A DNA stretch of 54,630 bases from Prorocentrum cordatum (lineage: Eukaryota): contig CAUYUJ010000223.1 in assembly GCA_963575745.1 (NCBI GenBank), positions 62,001 to 116,630 of the forward strand, in the 5' to 3' direction. This document shows positions 1 through 9,729 of the stretch, piece after piece (the first letter of the stretch is position 1; every line of letters starts with the position of its first letter). The translations under genes were made by a program, and so were the position numbers. The notes under the pieces were generated by a model. It was given only the letters and a program-made list of their open reading frames with translations, was not told where the DNA came from and ran no database searches.

Positions 1-935
1 AATACGTCAATCCGAGCCCCCGCAATTCTCAAAGCCCTCAGGAAATCCCCCCTTCGGGGGTGTCCCAAATTAACGTGCAGACGCTCGACCTCTCGCTTGA
101 GGTCAGGAACAAGATCAGGCTCCGGACCCCCCAGCCCGGGGCCGGACTCGCCCTTCCGGGGGGGAGGTCGAGTCTCCTGCTCGTCGCCACTGCTTCCGCC
201 CTCCATGGCTTCCGCCGGGCCTTCCACCTCGTCCACCAGAAAGGAGGCGAGCTCGTCGCCCGAGGTCTCAGCAGACTCGACCTCCCCGAGAGCGCTGACA
301 GAAGCCCCAGCCGAAAGGCGACGCCACACGGCCAGCTCGATGCCCGTCGCCATCGCGGTCACCAGCGCCTCAGGATAGATCTCCGACCGCTTCGTCCTGG
401 CGGGGCCGACTAAAGAGAGATGAGCGTGCTCACCCGAACAGTGTCGATCACAGCACGTGAGAAAATCGGGACTATTACCCATGACGGTAGTCCTCTTCCG
501 AGAGGGCAGGGGCGAATCCGGGGGGTCTTTTAGCCCGAACTCGCACTGGTCGAATGAGATCGTGTCAACCCCGGGCAGGGCCCGGACCGCACGCGCGGCT
601 TCGAGCTCCCAGGAGCTCGCCGCGCAGGGATGCTCCATCGCAAAAAACCGGCCCCGGGACGCCTGATACTCAGCCACGCGCATGCACAGGTGAACGTATC
701 TTAGGCCTCGCTCCTCCTCTTCTTGCTGCCGTTCTGGGTCCATCCGCCCCCAGTTGGGGACTCGAGCTTGTGAGAAGGCCATGCGCACCGGAGACATGGC
801 CACGAACATCGGGGCCTCCAGCTCGAGCACAGCCCACAGCTTGGCCTCCCCCTTGGCGGCCCCCAGGTCCACCCCAGTGAGAACGCCCATCGCCTCTGAG
901 ACTCTGCACCCTCGACGCCTAAGCTCGGCGGTAAC
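1..935 (-). pseudogene. Pol continuation: C5 cytosine methyltransferase domain followed by integrase N-terminal zinc finger
   Basis: Manual translation of the third minus frame, which is open to the window edge and so absent from the ORF track: VTAELRRRG..GVDL..MSPVRMAFS..GRFFAMEHPCAASSW..FDQCEFGL..RKRTTVMGNS..RHCSGEHAH..IYPEALVTAMATG, then RLHVNLGHPPKGDFLRAL. The catalytic Cys position reads Arg. Confidence 0.8.
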
Positions 936-3900
936 CCGGGGGGGGGGGGATCTCCAAGGCCAGCGCCCCGCCTCGGCGCTCCTCGAGCCTCTTGAGCTCG
1001 CGCTTCCGAAGGGCCTGGGCCGCTCTGAGGCCCTGGCCATCTAAGGCACGCGCGGTAGCGTCTCGAGCACGTCGGGGGATCGTGGCCCAGGGAGGGGCGA
1101 TGCTCAGCTGGCCATCTAGGGCCGCGGCCGCGAAGCGGTCCTCCTCGATGATCGTCAACCTCCTGCTTTCCTTTCCTCTGGCTGGCTCCTCCTGCTGCTG
1201 CTTCCTCTCCTCCTCGGTTTGGCTCGAGCTCTTTTCGCACCAGAACGTCACGCTGCAGGAGCCTCGCCCTGCGGTTCCTATCTTTTGGACGGCCTCGCTG
1301 GCTCCGATGGTTCCCCAGAGTCCTGAGACGAGAATGGCCCCGGACCTGTCCCTGACCTCCAGCCACCTGGCCCCTTCTGGCATCGAATTCCCTGGAGCTC
1401 CCCCTCCACTGGCGTGGAGCGCGAGGCCCGAAAAGAAACCAATGCTGCCGGCACGAGGGAGAGGCACTTGCTGCCAGCCTTTCGCCGCCACGACCTCTTC
1501 GCGAGTGGCCTCACTCCTCTGGTCGAGCTCCCAGACGCCGAGAACCCTCCTCGAGTCTTTCCTGAAACCTGATCTGAACCCCAAGCGGTTGCAATAAACG
1601 TCGAAGTCGCGGGCAAACACGTGCTCAGGCAGGGCCGCGACTGAGCCTAGGCGGGACCTCAGCTCGGCGCTCAGGAGGCCGGGCTCTAGGTCACTCAACC
1701 GGGAGATGGACGCGAGCGGGCGCCCTCCTTCTCCTCCTTCTCTGCTCTCTCCGCCGCCCGGATCAGCGTCACCAGGCGCAGCATGTCGCCATCCTCGAGG
1801 CTGAACTTGGACGGGGGAATGGCCATCTTCTGCTGCATCTCGCGAATGTGCTCGGTCTGAGTCGCGACCGTCTGCACCATCTGGCTGAAGCAGGCCTCGT
1901 TTCCCTTCTTCTGAGACTCTATCACCGTCGTCATGTCGTAGAGCGCCGGCTGCATCTCGGCCACGGTCATGGCTCGCATGTGCGGAGGCGGGTTGCGACG
2001 CTTTGGAGGCGGCGCACCCGCCGGCGCAGCTTTCTTGGGAACGTAGCCCTCGCCCGTGTCGACCAGGAACGGGCCCGTCTCCGGCGCTACCGGAGGCCGA
2101 CTCTTGGCCGGCGGTCCCTTCGGCCTCGGCTGCGGCGGCGAGTGCGTCCAGGGGTCCATGCGGTCGTGCTCCTCGATCAGCGCCTGCAACTGGTCCTGCG
2201 CGAGCTTCTTGGCGGCCTTGTTGAGCTCGATGCGCTGGCGCTCCTTCGCCTTGCGAGCCGCAATCTCCGCCTTCTCCTCCTCGGTCTTCTTGCGGTAGCT
2301 CAGGCGGGAGTCGCGCTGGGAGCAGTCCGCCCACCAGGCGCGCTGGTTCCCCGTGGAGACTCGGGCCCAAGGCGGGCGCGCACAATCCTCCTTGGACATT
2401 TTCTCCTGGGCCGCCGGGCACTCCGTCATCGCGTCCATCATCCCGATGCAGGCCCGGCTCAGCCAGAGAGCCCTCAGCGCGAAGCGCCTCCAGCGCAGGT
2501 GCACTGGCTCCACGGCGTACAGGCCCTCGTTGAACCACAACTGCTCCTGGTAGCTCAGCGCCTCGGCCTCCATCACCTGGTTCATCCTCTCGATCTCCTC
2601 CTCCGAGGGCTCCACGCCCACGGGCTTCCACGAATCCAACGTGTCCAGGCCGGGGTCCTCGGCGCCCTCCGAGACCACCATCTGACCCCTGCGACGAAGT
2701 CCGGCTAGCGCCGCGCGACCCGTCTTGGGCTTCTCCTTCGCCTTCGCCGCCTCGACAGCTTTCGGATCCTTCACCATCTCGAGCCGCGGCGGGTGTCGGC
2801 ACGCTGCTCCGTTCGGATCTGGTAGCTAGAGCCGAGAGGAGCTGCGCGCTGGAGCTGGGCCGCTGACCCCCGCCCCCCGAGACCCAAGTGACGACGAGAG
2901 AGGGGGGGGATGAGTAAGATCTGCTGCCTACGCTGCTGCCCCCCTCACACCTACTGCCGCGGCGTGCTCGCACGCTGGCCGGAGGCCGGGCGGGCGGGCC
3001 CGGGTCCTGGCGCAGGCAGAAGTCGCCGATCGAGAACTTGCCGACCAGGCCCGCGCTCAGGACGAACTCCCGGGGGTCGCGATGCACGAGGTCGACGGAC
3101 CTGTGGCCGGCGGGGTGCGCGGTCAGGGGACGGTCGACCCTCTCGCCGTCCTCGCCCACCGTCATGGCGTTCGCCTTCAGGTCGACGCTGGCCCCAATCA
3201 TCTCCAACAGGCGTGCTGGAAGAAGCGGAGGGCACGCCTGGGGCAACACCAGGAACTCGACGACGCCGAACCCCGCGATGGTCACCGGGGCCCAGGCCCT
3301 GCCGATCGGCGTCGTGCGACCTCCGATCCCGGAGGCCGTCATTCCCCGCGCCGGGGTGAGGTCCACCTTCACCTTGTAGCCGCGAGCCTGCAGCGCCTGG
3401 GCCAGGATCTCCAGGTCGGGCTTGCCGATCAGCGCCTGCGCCGCAGCGGTGTCCACCAGCGCCGCCGCGCCCGGGGCGTCCTTCATGCTCGGGAAGCTGA
3501 CGACCTCCGGCACCTTCACGCGCTCCATCACGAACCTCTCCCAGTAGCTGGTCAATCGGCGGTCCTCGGAAATGAAGCCAGCCTGGCCCGCGAAGTTGAT
3601 CAAGGATCCGTCGCCGCCGTCGTTCTCGAACAGGAGGGTCGTCGCTGAGAAGCCTGTGCCCGAGGATCGGGGCTTGTCTTTCTCGGCAGCCAGGCGGTCG
3701 TTCTTGGCCCGATAGGGATTGGTACAACTGTCCGCCCAGTGCCCCTTTTCGCCACAGTTGGCGCACCTCGACCTCTTCTTGATGTCCCTGCCCATAAGCC
3801 TCTTGAACCCGGGTCGTGCTCTCTTGCGGTCAAAGAAATCGCGGTCCACCTTCTTCGCCATCTTGAGCTTCCGAGATTCTGTCCATGTACGTCGTTTTTC

Positions 3901-5061
3901 TTTTCCAAACCGTTCTTCTACGACCGCTGCCAGGACGTTTATCACCTCGTGTTCGTCCAGATCCTGGGTCTCCAGAGCCGTCAGAAAGGCCTCCGCCTCC
4001 TCCTCTGCCATCTCGAGCTCGCCCCCGAAGTCGTCGTCCTCGAAGAAAGAGTCCTCGATGGCCTCCACCTCGGCGGGGAACGCCTTGTAGGGAGCAGGAG
4101 GCGGCGCTGGCAGCACTCGCTTCTGTGTCGCGTCCAACTTCAGCAGTGCCGCCCTGATCGAGGCGAAGTCGGTCTGGCCCAGCGTGATGGTCCGGAGGTT
4201 AATCTTATTCTGATTCGTCAACGCCGCTCCTCCCTCCAGGTACCGCGCTTTGATGGGGTCCGGCAGCGTCAGTCCATGTACTTCAGCCTCGGCAATTTGC
4301 GCGTCCCGTCGCAGGACGTAGTCGGTGAGGGTCTCTCCTCGACGAATCATGTGATCGAACAAGGCCAAGTTCTGTGCACTTCTTTCCCGGTCGCCCGGGC
4401 GCTCTCCGTTCAGAATGGAAAGGTGCGAGAGAAGCTTTGGAATCCCGTCGGCTGCGTCGAGGGTCGAGCGGATGGCCATGAACTTAGCCTGCAGCTCGAC
4501 GGGATAGGCCTCCACCACCTTCGCTGCCTGCTGGAAGTCCTGGTAGAGGGTCCTCTGGGACCAAGCGTTCAAATTGTGCCAATACAGATCCAGGTGGTCG
4601 AAGCCCAGCCATGCAGGTGGAGGCCCAAAGTCTCGGCTACGATTCGGCGATGTCCAGCCCATGTACGACCAGTCCTCGCTTCGCCAATCTTGCCACCCAC
4701 TCGTTTGGGCCCCTGCATGCGCACTCCAACTGTCCCACGCCCCCAGGTCGTCGGTCGTCGTGCCCGCCTCGACCGTCCCGGTAGCGTAGGTGTCGGTAGC
4801 TGGCCAGCCTCTCCATGAATGTCGCGAGTTACCCCAGGCTTGACCATTCGACCCGTTCCAGGTCGCAGCTCTAGCGTCAGCTGCGTCCCTCCACGGATCA
4901 GTACCTATGTCTCGTGTCTGCTTTCCTCCTCGTCGTCCGGGAGATTCTTCCTGCGGTCGGTCGTCTTGTCCGCCGCCATCGCAGTTCTTGCCAGGAAGTA
5001 CGTGGCCGCCTCCTCCCTCTTCGCCACCCTGCTGCCCCGCGGGCTCCCCATCACTAACCAT
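919..5061 (-). CDS. Gag-protease polyprotein (5' part of gag-pol)
   Basis: Long ORF with Gag-like helical region (RRGETLTDYVLR), zinc knuckle CANCGEKGHWADSC at 3724-3765 and aspartic protease motif ALVDTAA near 3446-3460, followed by SGIGG and CPPLL. Ends just after a G homopolymer at ~938-949, the probable frameshift. Confidence 0.85.
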   Translation of the reverse strand: MVSDGEPAGQQGGEEGGGGHVLPGKNCDGGGQDDRPQEESPGRRGGKQTRDIGTDPWRDAADARAATWNGSNGQAWGNSRHSWRGWPATDTYATGTVEAGTTTDDLGAWDSWSAHAGAQTSGWQDWRSEDWSYMGWTSPNRSRDFGPPPAWLGFDHLDLYWHNLNAWSQRTLYQDFQQAAKVVEAYPVELQAKFMAIRSTLDAADGIPKLLSHLSILNGERPGDRERSAQNLALFDHMIRRGETLTDYVLRRDAQIAEAEVHGLTLPDPIKARYLEGGAALTNQNKINLRTITLGQTDFASIRAALLKLDATQKRVLPAPPPAPYKAFPAEVEAIEDSFFEDDDFGGELEMAEEEAEAFLTALETQDLDEHEVINVLAAVVEERFGKEKRRTWTESRKLKMAKKVDRDFFDRKRARPGFKRLMGRDIKKRSRCANCGEKGHWADSCTNPYRAKNDRLAAEKDKPRSSGTGFSATTLLFENDGGDGSLINFAGQAGFISEDRRLTSYWERFVMERVKVPEVVSFPSMKDAPGAAALVDTAAAQALIGKPDLEILAQALQARGYKVKVDLTPARGMTASGIGGRTTPIGRAWAPVTIAGFGVVEFLVLPQACPPLLPARLLEMIGASVDLKANAMTVGEDGERVDRPLTAHPAGHRSVDLVHRDPREFVLSAGLVGKFSIGDFCLRQDPGPPARPPASVRARRGSRCEGGSSVGSRSYSSPPSLVVTWVSGGGGQRPSSSAQLLSALATRSERSSVPTPAAARDGEGSESCRGGEGEGEAQDGSRGASRTSSQGSDGGLGGRRGPRPGHVGFVEARGRGALGGGDREDEPGDGGRGAELPGAVVVQRGPVRRGASAPALEALRAEGSLAEPGLHRDDGRDDGVPGGPGENVQGGLCAPALGPSLHGEPARLVGGLLPARLPPELPQEDRGGEGGDCGSQGEGAPAHRAQQGRQEARAGPVAGADRGARPHGPLDALAAAAEAEGTAGQESASGSAGDGPVPGRHGRGLRSQESCAGGCAASKASQPASAHASHDRGRDAAGALRHDDGDRVSEEGKRGLLQPDGADGRDSDRAHSRDAAEDGHSPVQVQPRGWRHAAPGDADPGGGESREGGEGGRPLASISRLSDLEPGLLSAELRSRLGSVAALPEHVFARDFDVYCNRLGFRSGFRKDSRRVLGVWELDQRSEATREEVVAAKGWQQVPLPRAGSIGFFSGLALHASGGGAPGNSMPEGARWLEVRDRSGAILVSGLWGTIGASEAVQKIGTAGRGSCSVTFWCEKSSSQTEEERKQQQEEPARGKESRRLTIIEEDRFAAAALDGQLSIAPPWATIPRRARDATARALDGQGLRAAQALRKRELKRLEERRGGALALEIPPPPGYRRA
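1695..2777 (-). CDS. Overprinted 360-aa ORF in an alternate frame inside the polyprotein; coiled-coil plus degenerate zinc-finger-like motif
   Basis: ATG-initiated, protein-like composition (charged helices, motif C-A-R-PPW-x5-GN-x6-CSQR-x2-R). The overlapping polyprotein frame reads as Gly/Arg-rich filler over this interval. Confidence 0.65.
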   Translation of the reverse strand: MVKDPKAVEAAKAKEKPKTGRAALAGLRRRGQMVVSEGAEDPGLDTLDSWKPVGVEPSEEEIERMNQVMEAEALSYQEQLWFNEGLYAVEPVHLRWRRFALRALWLSRACIGMMDAMTECPAAQEKMSKEDCARPPWARVSTGNQRAWWADCSQRDSRLSYRKKTEEEKAEIAARKAKERQRIELNKAAKKLAQDQLQALIEEHDRMDPWTHSPPQPRPKGPPAKSRPPVAPETGPFLVDTGEGYVPKKAAPAGAPPPKRRNPPPHMRAMTVAEMQPALYDMTTVIESQKKGNEACFSQMVQTVATQTEHIREMQQKMAIPPSKFSLEDGDMLRLVTLIRAAERAEKEEKEGARSRPSPG

Positions 5062-5075
5062 CGCTCCGCTTACCA
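5061..5075 (-). promoter_or_regulatory. Primer-binding site (TGGTAAGCGGAGCGA)
   Basis: TGG (complement of tRNA CCA) begins 2 nt after the LTR-terminal CA and directly precedes the gag ATG region. Confidence 0.55.
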
Positions 5076-5077
5076 AC

Positions 5078-5438
5078 TGTTGGCGCAGGAGGGGAGAGGA
5101 CAGGGACCTTTGTATCAGCGAGGGGACGATGAGAGGGGCATAAGTACAGCCTGGCGCCTCGGGCGCCTCTAAGCCAAAGAGGCTAGCACGGAGAGACGAG
5201 AGAGGGGATCACGACGAGGGGGGCTCGGACGGGAAGGGGGGCACCTCCTCCTCCTCTAATTCCTCTAGTTCCTCTAGTTCCTGAAAAGGGGCGGCCCGCC
5301 CCGCAAACCAGCCACCTCCCTTAAATAGGGATCGAACACTCACCAGGAGAATACCCAAGGTCTGCCAGGAGAAAGAGAGAGAGGGAGAGAGAGAGAGAGA
5401 GACCTGGCGCGGGCCTCCTCCTCCTCCTCCTCCGAACC
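5078..5438 (-). repeat. Putative 5' LTR
   Basis: Plus strand starts TGTTGGCGCAGGAGG at 5078, so the minus strand ends ...CCAACA 2 nt before the PBS. Imperfect inverted end CCTCCTCTCCGAACC near 5438. TATTTAA box on the minus strand near 5321-5327. The partner LTR lies outside the window. Confidence 0.55.
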
Positions 5439-6050
5439 CGACGTCGTCAGCCACAGCGCAGACGCTGCCACGAGGACACCTTGCGACAGACAAAAGGCGA
5501 AGCTAGAGCCCAACCCAGTCATCTACAGTGCAGAAGCCAGTAAAGAGTACACGGCGTGCGAGAAGGGCCAGCTGATAGCTTGCGAGAAGCAGGATGCGAA
5601 GCTTGAGCCCGACGCCGTCAGCTACAGTGCGTAGGCCACGTCAAAGCCACCTTGTGAAACACTGGAGGCGAAGCTAGAGCCCGACGCCGTCAGCTACAAT
5701 GCGAAAGCCAGTACTGTCGCCACGGTGTGTGCGAGAAGTGCGGGCGGACACCTTGCGGGAAACAGGAGGTGAAGCTCGAGCCCGACGCCGTCAGCTACAG
5801 CGCAGAGGCTGCGACGAGAACACCTTGCGAGAAACGGGAGGCCAAGCTAGAGCCCGATCACATTGGCTTCAGTGCTGGGACCCAGACGTGGGAGAAGGCG
5901 CACTGCGAGAAGCAGGAGGCGAAGCTTGAGCCCGATGCCGTCAGTTATAGTGCTGAGACCAAGGTGCGCGAGAAGGGCAAGCGGCAGAGGACACTTTGCG
6001 AGAAATGGGAGACGAAAATAGAGCCCGGTGACGTCAACTACAAATACTGG
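5434..6050 (+). pseudogene. Degenerate pentatricopeptide (PPR) repeat array
   Basis: About 7-8 shortened copies of CEK-x-EAKLEPDAVSYSA, resembling the ACEK...LEPDVISYSA PPR consensus; stops and frameshifts present. Confidence 0.65.
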
Positions 6051-6387
6051 TACGGAGGCGCGCGAGAATAAAGAGCCCAGCCTCAAAGATGAAGGACTTG
6101 CCGGATACAATCACCAGGTGTACCTACGTAACAGACCATTCGTGTCCTCTCCAAAGGTTGCAAGGCCCAAAGGAAATTCGACCGTGTCCGCCTACTCAGA
6201 TCCCACCACCACTCTCCCGTCGCCTGGCGAGAAGGGCGCTTGACAGAAGCCGTGTGTGAGAGTGGTGGGCCCGACCAGGACAGGTGCGGCACGCCGCATT
6301 AGGTCTCGGGAGGCCCAACGCCTTGTGGAGCCATCGCTCGCTTGTCGCGCGATCCTGGACTCCGTCGTCGCCGAATTCTACCGAATT

Positions 6388-6560
6388 CTCCTCCTCCTCA
6401 TCCTCCTCTTCCTCCTCTTCCTCCTCTTCCTCCTCTACCCTCCTCTACCCTCCTCCTCCTCCTCCTCCTCCTACTCCTCCTCCTTTTACTCCTTTTCCTC
6501 TACGCTCTGCCCTCCTATCCTCCTCCTCCTCCTCCTTCTCCTCCTCCTCCTCCTCCTTCT
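6388..6560. repeat. (CCT)n-type pyrimidine low-complexity tract
   Basis: Directly visible CTC/CTT repeats. Confidence 0.9.
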
Positions 6561-7927
6561 CGCTGGGGAGGCAAAGTACTTGAAGGTAGGTGTTCCTATT
6601 CCTCATCCTGTCGCTGCCCCTTCGGGCAACATCTGAGACCTTCGGTGCCTCCGCCCCTGGCCTTCGCCAGGGGCAGCGGGGGTCAGCTCAAGATCGGCCC
6701 ACACCTCCCGCACATTGGAAGACTGGTCGAGCCGATTCTGGCCACGGCGACGACTCCCGTGCCACCCCCCCCCAACCACCCCCCCCGCAACCGGAAAAAT
6801 GCGCGCACTAGCAGGTCCCCTTGCTCGAGTGCTCTTGGCCCAGTGCCCAAACCAGACAGCGCCGGTTTGGAGAGGTCCTGGGGACGCCAGAAAGCTCCCG
6901 ATGAGGCGCACCCTCTGGAACAGGTCCAGAGACTCGACGGCCCCACAGGGACAGCCCTGAAATGTCTGCAATCAAAACCTCTAGTAAGGATGCAAGACCC
7001 TTGGACGACAAGATCGGGCGAGGACGTATCGAAGAGGCCAGGATGCAAGGGTCCCCTGTAAGGGCTCTATCCTCACTTCTGCAATCGTGCTACCATAAGG
7101 AACGCTGACTGAGGAAGGAAACGCAGCTTCTGGCCACGGCCAGCCTCGGCCACTGGGCGGTTCCCCGACCTAGGTCCACGGAACTACCCGAGAACGAGAG
7201 CCCATCCTGAGCCCAAAGGGGTCCGTATCTCAGCGCCTTGACTGTATGCGCCTTGACTGCAACAAAAATCTCCACGCAGGCGACGAGTCCAAAACGGGGG
7301 CGAAGAAAGCTGCGCCTTTCGTGCACATTCGGGGCCCCAGGGGGCCCCTGTGGCGACCCTGCCCTGCAGCCCTCGACCGCGCCCCCCCCCCGTGGATCGT
7401 CCCCCATTGCGAAACGCCCGAATCGGGGCGACTCCTCGCCCGCCGGCGCAGCGCCTGCTCGCGCGCGGCTCTTGGCCAGCGAAGCCAGCAAGGGCAGCTG
7501 CGCACTGGGCCCGCCGCCTTCGTGGCAGGAGCGGAGCGCGGGGTGGGGGAGCGGCTGCCGAGAGGATTAGATTGCGCTTCGTCTGGAAGCGGGCCCACTG
7601 CTGCCAGCTAGACGTGAAGGATCGTGAAGGATCTGTACAGTCGAACCTTGGCTGGGAGCTTCAACTCCCACTGGAGGCTGCTAGCTCCAGACCGCCCCGT
7701 TGGGCTAAGAAAGCAACTGTGTGAGAAGACGTAATGCCCAGGAGAGAGGAAAGGAGGAACACGAGGGGGGAAAGGGAGCGCGTGCACGTAAGAAGGCGCG
7801 CTGAGTCTGGATGGCAGGATGGCAGGGACAGCTGGGCTACAATCTGTGTAAACATATATATATATATATACCTATACGACCACCCTTCGGGTGATAAGGA
7901 GGTTCGGGGGGGGGGAGGAACCAACGT

Positions 7928-8135
7928 CTCACTCGATCGGTCTCACTATCTATCTCACTATCGATCTCAGTATCGGTCTCGCTCGATCGATCTCCCTCGA
8001 TCGATCTCACAATCGATCTCACTCGATCTATATCACAATTGATTTGACTATCAATCTCACAATCGATCTCACAATCGATATCACATTCGGTCTCACTCTC
8101 GATTTCACTATCGATATCACAACCGCTCTCACAAT
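7928..8135. repeat. ~12-bp tandem repeat (TCGATCTCACWA-like)
   Basis: Repeated tcgatctcac/tcactatc units. Confidence 0.8.
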
Positions 8136-8136
8136 C

Positions 8137-8425
8137 AACGTCATCATCATCATCATCATCATCAACAACAACGTCAACATCAACATCATCATCACCAACA
8201 TCATCATAATCGGGACACCGTCCTCATCATCAACACCAACATCATCATCATCATCACGGTCATCAACATCATCGGGACACCACCATCATCATCATCATCA
8301 CCATCATCACAATCATCATCATCAACATCATCATCATCATCAGCAGCATCGGGACACAGTCATCGCCATCATCATCATCATCGGCAGCATCATCATCGGG
8401 ACACCATCATGATCACCATCGTTAG

Positions 8426-8462
<37 letters not shown>

Positions 8463-8909
8463 GGAACACCATCATCATCCTCTCATCCTCATCATCGACA
8501 TCATCATCATCATCATCATCATCAACATCGTCAACATCATCATCAGCATCATCATCATCATCGTCGTCATCATCGGGGCACCACAATCATCATTAACCAC
8601 ATCAGCATCAAGATCATCATCATCATCACCATCGGGACGCCATCATCATCAACATCATCACAATCACGATCAGAATAATCATCATCATCGGGACGCCATA
8701 ATCATCATCAACCTCATCATCATCAACATCATCATCGGGACACAATCATAATCAGCATCATCAACATCAACATCATCATACTCATCACCATCAGGACACC
8801 ATCATCGTCATGATCATGATCATCAACATAATCATCATGATCATCATCATCATCCTCATCATCGGGACACCATCAGCATCATCATCATCGTCATCATCAT
8901 CATCATCGA

Positions 8910-8944
<35 letters not shown>

Positions 8945-8965
8945 GGACACCATCATCATCATCAT

Positions 8966-8996
<31 letters not shown>

Positions 8997-9078
8997 GCAG
9001 CATCACCATCATCATCATCATCGACGTCATCATCATCAGCATCATCATCACCATCATCACCATCACCATCACCATCAC

Positions 9079-9124
<46 letters not shown>

Positions 9125-9400
9125 TCATCATCCGGGACACCGCATCATCATCATCATCGACACCGGCACGGCGGGACACCGCGGGGCACCGCGGGACACC
9201 GCGGGACTTTCGCGGGACACCGGCGGGACACCGCGGGCCACCGGCCGCCCGGAAGGGAATCATTTGGTCTGGCCGCGCCTCAGCCACACGGGACTTTCGC
9301 AGGACACCGGCGGGACACCGCGCGCCACCGGCCGCCCGGGGGAGAATCATTTGGTCCGGCCGCGCCTCAGCCACAGGAGACTTTCCTCTCGCCCGCCCAC
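8137..9400. repeat. (CAT)n microsatellite punctuated by CGGGACAC, grading into a CGGGACAC minisatellite
   Basis: About 1 kb of CAT repeats with recurrent cgggacac; 9165-9400 is built from cgcgggacac units and a duplicated block of ~90 bp. Confidence 0.9.
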
Positions 9401-9507
9401 GCAGCTTCGCCTCGCCCGCACGCACGGCACGCACGAACACGAGACCGAAATCGATTTCCTGGTAGGGGGGCTCTCCGTTCCACTTCGATCTCACCCCCTC
9501 ACCTCCG

Positions 9508-9542
<35 letters not shown>

Positions 9543-9729
9543 AAGAACGTACAAACGTAACCACTTGCAAGCACGTACATATGTGTATATACATGTCGGC
9601 CTGTAAACATAAGCAGGTGTATGTACGCATATAAAAGCACACATTTATATAATACACATAAATGTACGTCATAGACAAGAGCATGCACTGCACACCACAC
9701 AACAAGCGACAGGTCTCGGGGCACGACAG

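Larger units (their letters stand above)
1..5438 (-). mobile_element. Ty1/Copia-type LTR retrotransposon carrying a DNA methyltransferase domain (truncated by the left window edge)
   Basis: Minus-strand order: LTR, PBS, Gag (CCHC), protease, DNMT, integrase His-His. Integrase directly after the protease region, before any RT, fits Copia order. Confidence 0.85.

Noticed and set aside
6241..7720. Solo LTR (TG...CAACA at ~6241-6630) or a tyrosine-recombinase remnant
   Set aside because: No partner repeat, TSD, PBS or convincing catalytic motif could be identified.
7891..9634. Poly-Ile/His/Ser ORFs
   Set aside because: Translations of the (CAT)n microsatellite.
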